A stretch of DNA of 53,093 nucleotides from Anaeromyxobacteraceae bacterium (GCA_032654565.1 JAULAX010000008.1:1-53093), one strand, 5' to 3'. Counted from the stretch's first letter, positions 29,501 through 38,415 are shown. Notes: a model not told the origin generated them from the sequence alone. Numbers and translations: made by a program.

Positions 29501-30186
29501 AGTCGGTCTGGATCGTCGGCGGCGACGGCTGGGCCTACGACATCGGCTACGGCGGCCTCGACCACGTGGTGGCGGCCGGGCGCGACGTCAACATCCTGGT
29601 GCTCGACACCGAGGTCTACTCCAACACCGGCGGCCAGGCCTCCAAGGCCACGCCCATGGGGGCGGCGGCCAAGTTCGCCATGGCCGGCAAGACCACGCAG
29701 AAGAAGGACCTGGCCATGCTGGCCATGAGCTACGGCCACGCCTACGTGGCCCGGGTGGCCATGGGGGCCAAGGACGCCCAGACCGTCAACGCCATGAAGG
29801 AGGCCGACAGCTTCCCCGGCGCCTCGCTGGTGCTGGCCTACTCGCACTGCATCGCCCACGGGTACGACATGGCCGACGCCCTCACCCAGCAGGAGAAGGC
29901 CGTCGACACCGGCTACTGGCCGCTCTTCCGCTACGACCCGCGCCGGCTGGCCGCCGGCGAGAGCCCGCTGAAGATGGACAGCGCCGCGCCCAAGCTGGAC
30001 CTCTCCGCCTTCCTCGAAGGCGAGACCCGCTTCAAGCAGGTGCAGCAGTCCAACCCGGAGGGCTACAAGCGGATGATGGACCAGGCCCAGCTCGACATCC
30101 GCTCCAAGTACGCCCTCTACGACCAGCTCTCCCGGGTGATGAACCCGGCCACCCTGGCCGCGGGCGGCACCAAGCCGAAGGAGTAG
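26596..30186 (+). CDS. nifJ: Pyruvate:ferredoxin (flavodoxin) oxidoreductase, single-chain
   Basis: DGNEAVA, YPITPSS, QSEGGAAG, GADGTVGANKN, two 4Fe-4S motifs (CIQCNKCALICP, CTGCTLCVEICP), GACTGCGET, GGDGWAYDIG; GGAGG RBS. Confidence 0.97.
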   Translation: MAGRRMVTMDGNEAVASVAYRINEVAAIYPITPSSNMGEWADEWSAKGLKNIWGTVPLVAEMQSEGGAAGAVHGALQSGALTTTFTASQGLLLMIPNMYKIAGELTAFCMHVSARTLATHALSIFGDHQDVMGVRQTGFALLSSNSVQEAHDFAVIAQLASMKSRVPFLHFFDGFRTSHEVAKIEELTDDDLRTLIPEELVAAHRARALTPEAPTVRGTAQNPDAFFQAREACNPYYADVHDHVQAAMDEFAKVVGRKYSLFEYYGHPEAERVIVLMGSACETAAEAIDHLVATGEKVGMVKVRLYRPFALGEFMTSLPRSVHQLAVLDRTKEPGALGEPLYMDVVTALREAEQAHIDRFHHQLTVIGGRYGLSSKEFTPAMVKAVFEELSKPRPKRHFTVGINDDVTHLSLKYDPSFDTEGADVVRALFYGLGADGTVGANKNSIKIIGEDTPNFAQGYFVYDSKKSGSITVSHLRFGPKPIRSAYLVTRANFVACHQFGFLEKYEMAEFAVPGATFLLNSIYGPDQVWEQLPREVQEQILQKQLKLYVIDAFKVARETGMGVRINTVMQTCFFAISGVLPRDEAIGHIKKTIEKTYQRKGAEVVRKNFEAVDQTLANLHEVKVEGRQVNGRPRPPTVSEAAPDFVQRVTSLILAGKGDLLPVSAFPVDGTWPTATAQWEKRSIALDIPTWEASLCIQCNKCALICPHACIRPKFYESARLTGAPATFKSMDFKSATDKGKKYTIQVAPDDCTGCTLCVEICPAESKTEKGKKALNMAVALPLQAAERKNWDFFLAIPDPDRTALKLDVKGTQFLQPLFEFSGACTGCGETPYVKLLTQLYGDRALIANATGCSSIYGANLPTTPYTKNDAGRGPAWANSLFEDNAEFGFGMRLAVDKQGEHARELLAQLGTVVGDDLVKALLEADQSDEKGIEAQRGRITLLKQKLGGQARFEARRLSQITDFLLKKSVWIVGGDGWAYDIGYGGLDHVVAAGRDVNILVLDTEVYSNTGGQASKATPMGAAAKFAMAGKTTQKKDLAMLAMSYGHAYVARVAMGAKDAQTVNAMKEADSFPGASLVLAYSHCIAHGYDMADALTQQEKAVDTGYWPLFRYDPRRLAAGESPLKMDSAAPKLDLSAFLEGETRFKQVQQSNPEGYKRMMDQAQLDIRSKYALYDQLSRVMNPATLAAGGTKPKE

Positions 30187-30252
30187 GCCGGCGGCCGGCG
30201 CCGCCCTCCGCGGGAGGCGCCGGGCCCACCGACCGCAGCGCCTGCAGGTCAC

Positions 30253-30296
30253 GAAGGCCCGCGTCCCCACCACCGGGGCGCGGGCCCTTCCTTTTC
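30253..30296 (+). terminator. Putative intrinsic terminator after nifJ
   Basis: GC-rich hairpin GAAGGCCCGCG-TCCCC...GGGG-CGCGGGCCCTTC followed by CTTTTC. Confidence 0.65.
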
Positions 30297-30445
30297 GGGG
30301 TGTGGCCCCTCCCCTGGTGGGACCCGGCCGCGGGTCGTGTCCCGTGGTCAAGGGACAACCCGGAGGTCTCCGGAGACCCTCCTCGCGAGGCGCCAAGATC
30401 CGACGCAGGCGCCTGTATTTGGAGGGGTTTTCTCCCAGGGGCCAC

Positions 30446-30461
30446 GGGCATCGCGCGTGCA
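30446..30461 (+). promoter_or_regulatory. Putative sigma54 promoter (GG-N10-GC)
   Basis: GGGCATCGCGCGTGCA, ~25 nt before ATG 30486. Confidence 0.35.
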
Positions 30462-30485
30462 AAGCGGTGGGGCAGGAGAGGATCG

Positions 30486-30725
30486 ATGCCCCGGACGCTC
30501 TGCCCATTCGCCGCCCCGTGCGGCCTGCCCCGGAGCATCGGGATGGAAGCGGCGCTCCGCGTCTGGGAGTCCTTCTACTGCGAGGGGGCCTACGACCGCT
30601 GCGAGCGCTACCGGCTCCACGAAGCGGGGCAGGGGGTTCCCCGCCGGCTGCTGCCCAACGGCCGGCTGCTCGACGGCCCCGAGGAGACCACCACCCCCGC
30701 TCCCGCCGCTCCCGCCGAGGCGTGA
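30486..30725 (+). CDS. Small four-cysteine (putative metal-binding) protein, 79 aa
   Basis: GGAGAGG RBS; CPFAAPC...YCEGAYDRCERY...VPRRLLPNG; corresponds to the tail of track ORF 26340..30725. Confidence 0.7.
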   Translation: MPRTLCPFAAPCGLPRSIGMEAALRVWESFYCEGAYDRCERYRLHEAGQGVPRRLLPNGRLLDGPEETTTPAPAAPAEA

Positions 30726-30832
30726 GACGGAGCAAGCGGGCCGGGGCGCCGCCCGCGCTGAAGCCGGGCTAGACTGCCGACGGATCCTTTCCCAGCCTGG
30801 CGCGTTCACCCCGCCGAGGCCCGCGTGAGGCC

Positions 30833-31444
30833 GTGGCGGTGGACGAGACCGACGAGCAGCTCATGCGGAGGTTCCAGCGCGGCGAGGCGCGGGCCTTCGA
30901 GACGCTCATGCTCCGTCACCGCACGCCCATCCACGCCTTCCTGCTCCGGCTCACCGGCGAGCGGACCCGCGCCGAGGACCTGACCCAGGAGACCTTCCTG
31001 CGGCTGGTGAAGGGGGCGGCCGGGTGGGAGCCGCGGGCTGCGGTGCGGACCTGGCTCTACACCATCGCCCGCAACCTGGCCGCCGACGCCGCCCGCCGGC
31101 AGGTCTTCCGCGCCACCGAGTGGCTCGACGCCCCCGCGGCCGACGGCGAGCGGCCGCGCTATGCGCCGGCCGCCACCGGCCCGGCCCCCGACCAGGCCGC
31201 CGAGGCGGCCGAGCTGCGCCCCCGGCTGGAGGCGGCGCTGGCGGCGCTCCCCGCCGAGCAGCGCGAGGTCTTCCTGCTGCGCGAGCACGCCGGCCTCTCC
31301 TTCGCCGAGATCGCCGGGGCCACCGGCGTCAACGAGAACACCGTCAAGAGCCGCATGCGCTACGCCCTGCTGGCGCTGCGCCAGCGGCTGGCGGCCGACG
31401 GGCTGGTGGCGGCCCAGGCGCCGCCGGGGAGCCCCACGCCATGA
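30833..31444 (+). CDS. ECF RNA polymerase sigma factor
   Basis: AEDLTQETFLR, TWLYTIARN, LPAEQREVFLLR...SFAEIA...TVKSRMRYA. Confidence 0.95.
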   Translation: MAVDETDEQLMRRFQRGEARAFETLMLRHRTPIHAFLLRLTGERTRAEDLTQETFLRLVKGAAGWEPRAAVRTWLYTIARNLAADAARRQVFRATEWLDAPAADGERPRYAPAATGPAPDQAAEAAELRPRLEAALAALPAEQREVFLLREHAGLSFAEIAGATGVNENTVKSRMRYALLALRQRLAADGLVAAQAPPGSPTP

Positions 31445-32544
31445 CCGACCACCCCCGCACCGACCAGCTGGCCGACCTGGCGCTCGGGCTCCTCGAGCCG
31501 GCCGAGGCCCGGGCCCTGGAGGCCCACGCCGCCGGCTGCGCCGCCTGCCGGGACGAGCTGGCCGCGCTCCGCCAGACCCGCCAGCTCCTCGCCGGCCTGC
31601 CGCCGCTGACGGCGCCGGAGCGCGGCGCGGCGGTGGTGCTGGCGGCGGCGCGGCAGGCGGCCGAGGCGGCCGGAGCGGCACGCCGACCCTGGTGGGCGGC
31701 GCCGCGCTGGCTCGCCGGCGGGGCGGTCGGGCTGGCCGGGGCGGCGGCGCTGGCGGTGCTGCTGCTCCGGGTCTCTCCCCCGCCGACCATGTTCGGCGAG
31801 CCGGAGCCGGCCCCGGCGCGGGCCGCGCTGCAGGTCGCCACCCCGCCCGCGCTCCCCGCCGCGCCGGTGGCGGCGCAGGTGGCGGCGCAGGGCGCGGGGC
31901 CGGTCGAGGCGGCGAGCGACCAGGCGTCCGCCGCGACCGCGGCCGGCGAGCGGGAGCGTCCGGCCCGTCGCGCCGCCCGGCCCACCGCGGTGGCGGTCGG
32001 AGCGCCGCAGGCCGTCACCCCAGCCCCCGCCGCCGAGTCGGTGAGGGCGAAGGCGGGGCCCGCGCCCATGGCCGAGGCCCTGGCGGCGCCGGCGGGAGCG
32101 TCCGCGCCCACCGCCGCGATCGCCTCGAGCGCCGGGTCGTCCGAGGCGCCCGGCGACCTGTCCGAAGCCCGGCCGCTCGCCGAGGCGAAGCGGCTCGGCG
32201 GCGCGCCGGCTGCACCACGGGGGGCGGCCCTCATGAAGGCCGAGGCGGTCGCCGACCGGGACGACGGCCCGCCCTGCCGGCTGGTCCTCGACGCCGGCGG
32301 CAAGGTGATCGGCCGGGTGCGCCAGGGACGCTACCCGGGGCCGGAGGGTGAGGTGTCACTCACCGTCGAGGAGCGGTACCGCGCCGACGGTCGTCTCTCC
32401 GGCGCCAGCGTCCTCGTCGGCGACCGGCGCATCGCGGTGGGCGAGGCCGAGGTGGCGGCCGGGCGGCTCGAGCCGCTCCCCGGCGTGCGCCTGGCGCCCA
32501 GCGCCGCGGAGGCGGCCCGCGCGCCGCCGCGCTGCCGGCCGTGA
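31441..32544 (+). CDS. Zinc-binding (HxxxCxxC) transmembrane anti-sigma factor
   Basis: ATGA overlap with the sigma gene; HAAGCAAC; single TM segment; Ala/Pro-rich C-terminus. Confidence 0.88.
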   Translation: MTDHPRTDQLADLALGLLEPAEARALEAHAAGCAACRDELAALRQTRQLLAGLPPLTAPERGAAVVLAAARQAAEAAGAARRPWWAAPRWLAGGAVGLAGAAALAVLLLRVSPPPTMFGEPEPAPARAALQVATPPALPAAPVAAQVAAQGAGPVEAASDQASAATAAGERERPARRAARPTAVAVGAPQAVTPAPAAESVRAKAGPAPMAEALAAPAGASAPTAAIASSAGSSEAPGDLSEARPLAEAKRLGGAPAAPRGAALMKAEAVADRDDGPPCRLVLDAGGKVIGRVRQGRYPGPEGEVSLTVEERYRADGRLSGASVLVGDRRIAVGEAEVAAGRLEPLPGVRLAPSAAEAARAPPRCRP

Positions 32545-32647
32545 TGACGCCCTGACCCCGCGGCGGGATGGCGCAAGCGCTATCGCCAGGGGCCGCGTCC
32601 CGTGGACGTGTGCTTGCCTCCGGCGCCCGGTGCCCTAAGCTGCTCCC

Positions 32648-34141
32648 ATGCACCGCCAGTCGATGGCCTGTCTCGCCCTGCTCGCGGCGTTGCCGCTGGC
32701 GGCGCTCGCCGAGGACCCGACCGCCCGCGGCTTCGACGCCGATCCGGTCAAGCCGGCGCTCTCGCTCGACGGCGGCTTCGCCGTGGAGACGGCCCGCGCC
32801 GCCGAGCCGGGGACGCACGCCTTCGGCGCCGTGCTGGACCTGGCCAGCGGCCTGATGGTGCTCAAGCAAGGGAGCCAGCGCGACGACCTGATCGCCTCCC
32901 GGCTCACCCTGCACCTGCTGGGCGGCTGGTCGCTGGGGCGGGTCGAGCTCGGCGTCCACCAGCCGGTGGCCCTCTGGCAGCGCACCGACCTCTCCCTGCT
33001 CACCGCCCAGGGCGTGACCGGGCCGCTGGTGGCCCCCATCGCCGGCACCGCCCTCGGCGACCTGCGGCTCGGCGCCAAGGTGCCGCTGCTCGACGGCGCC
33101 CGCTGGCCGCTCGACCTGGCCGTTCTCGGCGAACTGCGCCTGCCCACCGGCGACCCCAAGGCCTTCCTCTCCGACGGGCTGGCGCTGGCCACCTCGGCCA
33201 TCGGCTCGCGCCGCTTCGGGCCGGTCCGGGTCGACGGCCAGCTCGGCTACCTGTTCCGCGGCACCGGCCAGTACGCCCAGCTGGTGGTCCACGACGGCTT
33301 CACCTACGGGCTGGGCGGCTCGCTCGACCTGCCCCCGGTGCGCCGGGTGGCGCGCTGGAAGGCCATCGCCGAGCTGAACGGCAGCTGGCCGCGCGGCTTC
33401 GACGCCTCCTCCGACCGCTACCGGGCCCCCTTCTCGGTGCGCGGCGGCCTGCGCGCCTGGCTGACCCCGGAGTGGTCGGCCGAGGTGGGGCTGGGCACCG
33501 GCCCCGGCCAGACCGGGTACGGCCACGAGCGCTGGCGGGTCTTCGCCGGGGTGCGCTGGACCGCGGAGCCGGTGGGGCCTCCCGACGGCGACGACGACGG
33601 CGACGGCGTGCCCAACTCCAGGGACCTCTGCCCCAAGGCGCCGGGCAAGGCCGAGCTGGACGGCTGCCCGGACCGCGACGGCGACGGCATCCCCGACCGC
33701 GAGGACAAGTGCCCCGACGAGCCCGGCCCGGCCGAGAACGCCGGCTGCCCGCTCCCCGAGGCCGAGCCGCTGGTGGAGCTGCAGTCGAAGCGGCTCTCGC
33801 TGAGCGACTCCATCCACTTCGACACCGGGCTCGACACCCTCAAGCCCGAGTCCAGCGGCGTGCTCGACCAGGTGGCGGCGCTCATCGTCCAGCACACCGA
33901 GCTGAAGCGGATCCGGGTCGAGGGGCACACCGACAACGTCGGCCCGGCCGCCTACAACAAGGAGCTCTCGGCCCGCCGCGCCGCCGCGGTGGTGCGCTAC
34001 CTGGTGGCCAAGGGGGTGGCGGCCACCCGGCTGGAGGCGGCCGGCTACGGCTTCGAGAAGCCCATCGCCTCCAACGAGACGGCGCTGGGGCGGGCCCGGA
34101 ACCGGCGCGTCGAGTTCACCATCCTCTCCAGCGACGGCTGA
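32648..34141 (+). CDS. OmpA-family outer membrane protein (beta-barrel, TSP3-like Ca-binding repeats, OmpA C-terminal domain; TraB-like architecture)
   Basis: Signal peptide; DDDGDGVPNSRDLCP and DRDGDGIPDREDKCP; VEGHTDNVG, LSARRA, NRRVEF. Confidence 0.9.
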   Translation: MHRQSMACLALLAALPLAALAEDPTARGFDADPVKPALSLDGGFAVETARAAEPGTHAFGAVLDLASGLMVLKQGSQRDDLIASRLTLHLLGGWSLGRVELGVHQPVALWQRTDLSLLTAQGVTGPLVAPIAGTALGDLRLGAKVPLLDGARWPLDLAVLGELRLPTGDPKAFLSDGLALATSAIGSRRFGPVRVDGQLGYLFRGTGQYAQLVVHDGFTYGLGGSLDLPPVRRVARWKAIAELNGSWPRGFDASSDRYRAPFSVRGGLRAWLTPEWSAEVGLGTGPGQTGYGHERWRVFAGVRWTAEPVGPPDGDDDGDGVPNSRDLCPKAPGKAELDGCPDRDGDGIPDREDKCPDEPGPAENAGCPLPEAEPLVELQSKRLSLSDSIHFDTGLDTLKPESSGVLDQVAALIVQHTELKRIRVEGHTDNVGPAAYNKELSARRAAAVVRYLVAKGVAATRLEAAGYGFEKPIASNETALGRARNRRVEFTILSSDG

Positions 34142-34155
34142 GCGGACGCCGGCCC

Positions 34156-34845
34156 GTGCGACGCCTCCTCGCCGCCCTGCTGCTCGCCGCGCTGTCGCCG
34201 GCGGCCCGCGCCCAGGACGCGGCGGTGACGGCGCTGCGCAAGGACGGCTCGCTCAAGGTGCGGACCCAGGCCGCCATCGTCCTCGGCCAGCGGGCCAGCC
34301 CCGAGGGGATCACCGCGCTGCGCGAGGCGGTGGCCGAGGACCAGGCCACCTCGGTGCGGCTGGCCGCGGTCTCGGCGCTGGGCCGGCTCGAGGCCCGCGC
34401 CGCCCGGGTGACGCTGCAGGCCGCCGCCCAGGCCGATCCCGACGCCTCGGTGCGCGCCGCCGCCACCCGGGCGCTCGCCGCCCTGGGGCCGGTGACGCTC
34501 ACCGTCGCCGAGGGGAGCGGCCCGTCCGGCGCCCGGCTCTCCGAGGCGGTCTCCCGGCAGCTGCGCGAGCGCGGCCTGACCGTGGCGCCGCACGGCGAGC
34601 TCAAGGTGCAGCCCAAGGTGAGCCTCGACGTGTCCGAGAGCGGCGGCCGCACCAGCTTCGAGGCCCGCGCCTCGCTGGTGGTGGTGGACGGCGACGGCCG
34701 CATGGAGCTGCTGGAGACCAAGGCCAAAGCCACCGTGGCTGGGGCGGTGCCGGAGTCGCGGCGCGCCGCCTACGTGGTCAAGCTGGTCGACGCCGCCGGG
34801 CGCGGCCTGGGCGACGATCTCGCGGTCAAGCTCGGACGGCGCTAG
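34156..34845 (+). CDS. Secreted HEAT-repeat protein
   Basis: GTG start; signal peptide ending ARA; KVRTQAAIVLG, SVRLAAVSALG, SVRAAATRALA. Confidence 0.8.
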   Translation: MRRLLAALLLAALSPAARAQDAAVTALRKDGSLKVRTQAAIVLGQRASPEGITALREAVAEDQATSVRLAAVSALGRLEARAARVTLQAAAQADPDASVRAAATRALAALGPVTLTVAEGSGPSGARLSEAVSRQLRERGLTVAPHGELKVQPKVSLDVSESGGRTSFEARASLVVVDGDGRMELLETKAKATVAGAVPESRRAAYVVKLVDAAGRGLGDDLAVKLGRR

Positions 34846-34860
34846 AAGGGAGGGGGGACC

Positions 34861-35490
34861 ATGTCCAACGAGGAGATCACCGCGCCGGCGCCGGCACCGT
34901 CCCAGGACCTGGGCGGGCGACGCCACCGGCGCGTGCGCAACTACCTGGTGGACACCTCGCTGCAGCTGCGGCTGGCCAGCTACCTGATCGCGGTGGCGGT
35001 GCTGCTCTCGGCCGGGCTGGGCTGGCTGCTCTGGCAGGCCTACTCGGAGACCAGCCGGGTCATCGCCCTGGGGGCCCCCGACGCCGGCGACTCGCTGGCC
35101 GGGGCCCTGGCCGCCGAGGACCGCGGCCGCATCCTGCTGGTGTCTGCGGCGCTGGCCGGGGTGCTGCTCTGCCTGCTGGGCGCCGCGGTGGTGATCACCC
35201 ACCGCATCGCCGGCCCGGCCTTCGCCATCCGCCGCACCTGCCGGCAGGTGGGCGAGGGCAACCTGGCCCGCCCCCGGGCGCTGCGCGCCGGCGACCTGCT
35301 GGTGGACCTCGGCGAGGACGTGGCCGGCATGGTCGACGCGCTCCGCGACCAGGAGACCCGCGAGCGCGAGGTGGCGCTGGCCGCCGCGCTCACCCTGCGC
35401 GACGACCGGGCCGGGGCCGAAGCCCGGGCCGCGGCCGCCGCCGCCCTGGAGCACCTGGCTGCCGAGAAGGAGGAGCGCCTGCGGGGCTGA
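34861..35490 (+). CDS. Two-TM membrane protein with HAMP-like domain
   Basis: RNYLVDTSLQLR, two TM segments, THRIAGPAFAIRR...LRAGDLLVDL. Confidence 0.8.
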   Translation: MSNEEITAPAPAPSQDLGGRRHRRVRNYLVDTSLQLRLASYLIAVAVLLSAGLGWLLWQAYSETSRVIALGAPDAGDSLAGALAAEDRGRILLVSAALAGVLLCLLGAAVVITHRIAGPAFAIRRTCRQVGEGNLARPRALRAGDLLVDLGEDVAGMVDALRDQETREREVALAAALTLRDDRAGAEARAAAAAALEHLAAEKEERLRG

Positions 35491-35508
35491 GCCCGCGGCG
35501 CCACGACC

Positions 35509-36732
35509 ATGCGAACCACCACCACGCTGCTCTGCGCCGCCCTCGCCGTCATCCCCGGCTGCGCCTGCGACACCGTGCCGGCCAGCGCCCTGCAGGACTG
35601 CCAGGCGGCCCAGGTGCTGCCCGACAAGGTGCAGACCGACATCCTCTTCGTCATCGACGACTCCGGCTCGATGAGCCAGGAGCAGGCCAACCTGGCCGCC
35701 AACCTGGGCGCCTTCATCGACACCCTGGCCGCCTCCCCGGTGCAGAACGACTTCCGCATCGGCGTCACCAACACCTCGGTCGAAGGCTACCGGGCCACCC
35801 AGCAGGCCTACGGTGGCACCGGCATCCCCTACCCGGACGGCGCCATCGTCGCCATCGCCCAGGCCGGCGGGCTGGGGATCAGCGGCGACCTCATCTACGA
35901 CACCGCCCTCTACCCGACCACCGCCGGCTGGGGCGGCGCCCGCTTCCTCGACGCCGGGCAGGCCACCCTGCAGCAGGACTTCAAGGCCAACGTGCTGGTG
36001 GGCGTCGCCGGCAGCGGCAGAGAGCAGCCCTTCCGCGCCGCCCGGCTGGCGCTCACCGATCGGCTGGCCGACGCCAACGCCGGCTTCCTGCGCGACGGGG
36101 CCCGGCTGGCGGTCTTCTTCCTCACCGACGAGGACGACTGCTCGGGCGAGGTCAACGCCGCCGTCGGCGCCAACGCCCAGTGCCACGACCTGGCCGTCAA
36201 GGACGACCCGCTGCTGCTGGACAGCATCGCCGCCACCTCCGCCTTCCTGCTCGGCCCCATCGGCGGCCAGCTGCGCGACGTGGAGGTGGGGGCCATCGCC
36301 GGCTTCGACCCCGCCACCCTGGAACCCTCCTGCGGCGACACCGCCCTCTGCCCCAACACCGCCTGCAGCACCGCCCTGGACAAGGCCGACCGCTTCGGCC
36401 AGCTCCACGCCGCCCTCGGCGACGCCCGCATGCAGATCGGCTCCATCTGCGACACCAGCTTCCGCGACACCCTGCTGCGCTTCGCCCGGCGGCTCACCCC
36501 GTCGGCCCTGCCGCTGCAGGGGACGCCGGCCGACTGGCGCATGCTGGCGGTGAAGCTGACCAAGGCCAGCGGCGTCGTGGTCGCCTGCGCCGTGGCGATC
36601 GACCCCGCGCCGGCCGCCGATGCCATCTACACCCCGCCCGCCTTCGGCCGCCCCGCCCAGCTCACCTTCCAGAACGCCTGCCAGCTCGAGCTGGGCGATC
36701 GCATCGACGTCTCCATCGTCTGCGCGGGGTAG
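35509..36732 (+). CDS. vWA-domain Cys-rich lipoprotein/secreted protein
   Basis: Signal peptide with Cys; MIDAS motif DILFVIDDSGSM; FLTDEDDCS. Confidence 0.85.
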   Translation: MRTTTTLLCAALAVIPGCACDTVPASALQDCQAAQVLPDKVQTDILFVIDDSGSMSQEQANLAANLGAFIDTLAASPVQNDFRIGVTNTSVEGYRATQQAYGGTGIPYPDGAIVAIAQAGGLGISGDLIYDTALYPTTAGWGGARFLDAGQATLQQDFKANVLVGVAGSGREQPFRAARLALTDRLADANAGFLRDGARLAVFFLTDEDDCSGEVNAAVGANAQCHDLAVKDDPLLLDSIAATSAFLLGPIGGQLRDVEVGAIAGFDPATLEPSCGDTALCPNTACSTALDKADRFGQLHAALGDARMQIGSICDTSFRDTLLRFARRLTPSALPLQGTPADWRMLAVKLTKASGVVVACAVAIDPAPAADAIYTPPAFGRPAQLTFQNACQLELGDRIDVSIVCAG

Positions 36733-36805
36733 CTTCGCCGCCATTCGCGCGGCCCGACCAGGTGACCGCGCCCACCGCGGTATCCGGACCGGGTAGACTC
36801 GCCGC

Positions 36806-37909
36806 ATGCGGATCCTCTACGGCGTGGCGGGCGAGGGCATGGGCCACGCCACCCGCTCGCGGGTGGTGATCGAGCACCTCTCGCGAGCCCACGAGGTGGA
36901 GGTGGTGGTCTCCGGCCGGGCCCACGACTACCTCAAGGCCCGCGAGCACGATCGCCTCGGGGTGAACAAGATCTGGGGGCTGTCGATCGTCTACGAGGAC
37001 AACGAGGTGCAGCAGCTGCGCACCATCCTCTCGAACCTGAAGGGTGGCCTGCTCGGCGGCCTGCCCCGCAACCTCAAGGCCTACTTCGACCTGACCACCC
37101 AGTTCCGGCCAGACGTGGTGGTCTCCGACTTCGAGACCTGGAGCTACCTCTACGGCACCCTGCACGGGCTGCCGGTGGTGAGCCTGGACAACAACCAGAT
37201 CGTCAACCGCTGCGCCTTCCCGGACGACGTGCTGGCCGGCAAGGAGGCCGAGTACCTGACCGCCAAGGCCATCGTCAAGGCCAAGCTGCCCGGCTGCTTC
37301 CACTACCTGATCACCAGCTTCTTCCGGCCGGAGATCACCCACCCCCGCACCACCCTCCACCCGCCGGTGCTGCGCCCGGAGATCCGCGCCGCCCGCACCG
37401 AGCCGGGCGGCCACCTGCTGGTCTACCAGACCAGCACCTCCAACGACGCCCTCCCCGGCATCCTGGCGCGGTGCGGGCGGGAGTGCCGCGTCTACGGCCT
37501 GCGCCGCGACCTGCAGGAGGAGGTGCAGGAGGGGACGCTGCGCTACCGGCCCTTCAGCGAGGCGGCCTTCATCGACGACCTGCGCACCGCCCGCGCCGTC
37601 ATCTCCGGCGGCAGCTTCACGCTGATGACCGAGGCGGTCCACCTGGGCCGGCCCATGCTCTCGGTGCCGGTGAAGAAGCAGTTCGAGCAGATCCTCAACG
37701 GCCGCTACCTGGAGCGGCTCGGCTTCGGCCTCACCGGCGACGAGGTCACCGCCGCCCGGGTCGGCGAGCTGCTGGAGCGGGCCGGGGAGTTCGAGCGCAA
37801 CCTGGCGGCGGCGCCGCGCCCCGGCCACGAGGAGACGCTGGCCAGCCTCGACGCCGCCCTGGCCCGCGCCGTCGCCGAGGGGGCGCCCCCCGAGGAGCCG
37901 GGCGGGTGA
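36806..37909 (+). CDS. GT-B glycosyltransferase (MJ1255/VC2487-like)
   Basis: MRILYGVAGEGMGHATRS, PDVVVSDFE, QFEQILNG. Confidence 0.88.
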   Translation: MRILYGVAGEGMGHATRSRVVIEHLSRAHEVEVVVSGRAHDYLKAREHDRLGVNKIWGLSIVYEDNEVQQLRTILSNLKGGLLGGLPRNLKAYFDLTTQFRPDVVVSDFETWSYLYGTLHGLPVVSLDNNQIVNRCAFPDDVLAGKEAEYLTAKAIVKAKLPGCFHYLITSFFRPEITHPRTTLHPPVLRPEIRAARTEPGGHLLVYQTSTSNDALPGILARCGRECRVYGLRRDLQEEVQEGTLRYRPFSEAAFIDDLRTARAVISGGSFTLMTEAVHLGRPMLSVPVKKQFEQILNGRYLERLGFGLTGDEVTAARVGELLERAGEFERNLAAAPRPGHEETLASLDAALARAVAEGAPPEEPGG

Positions 37910-38367
37910 AGGTCCGGCTGCTGGCGGTGGGGCGGGACCGCTCCGGCCTCTACGCGCCGGCGGTGGAGGAGTACGTCGGCCGCCTGCAGCGGCAGCTCAA
38001 GTTCGAGCTGGTGGAGCTCCCCGAGGCCCGGAAGCAGGCCGGCACGCCGCAGGCCCGCGACGAGGAGGCGGCCACCATCCTGGCCCGGCTCGGCCCGCGC
38101 GAGCGGGTGGTCGCGCTCGACGAGCGGGGCGACCAGCCCACCAGCCTGGAGCTGGCCCGGCGGGTGGAGAAGTGGATGACCGGCGGGCAGGACGTGGCGC
38201 TGGTGATCGGCGGCTCCGACGGCCTGGCGCCGGCGGTGCTGGAGCGGGCCCAGGAGCGGCTGGCGCTCTCGAAGCTGACGCTGGCCCACCGGCTGGCGCG
38301 GCTGGTGCTGGTCGAGCAGCTCTACCGGGCCATGACCATCATCCGCGGCGAGCCGTACCACAAGTGA
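37906..38367 (+). CDS. rlmH: 23S rRNA (pseudouridine1915-N3)-methyltransferase
   Basis: ALDERG, IGGSDGL, LSKLTLAHRLARLVLVEQLYRA, GEPYHK; GTGA overlap with the upstream gene. Confidence 0.95.
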   Translation: MKVRLLAVGRDRSGLYAPAVEEYVGRLQRQLKFELVELPEARKQAGTPQARDEEAATILARLGPRERVVALDERGDQPTSLELARRVEKWMTGGQDVALVIGGSDGLAPAVLERAQERLALSKLTLAHRLARLVLVEQLYRAMTIIRGEPYHK

Positions 38368-38415
38368 ACGGCGGCGCGGCCGGCCCGGGGTGACCGGGCC
38401 CGGCGGCTGGCGCGG

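Noticed and set aside
26340..30735. Two >1400-aa ORFs (26340..30725 + and 26500..30735 -) overlapping nifJ
   Set aside because: Off-frame and antisense shadows of a GC3-rich gene. Only the last 79 codons of the plus ORF look like a real protein.
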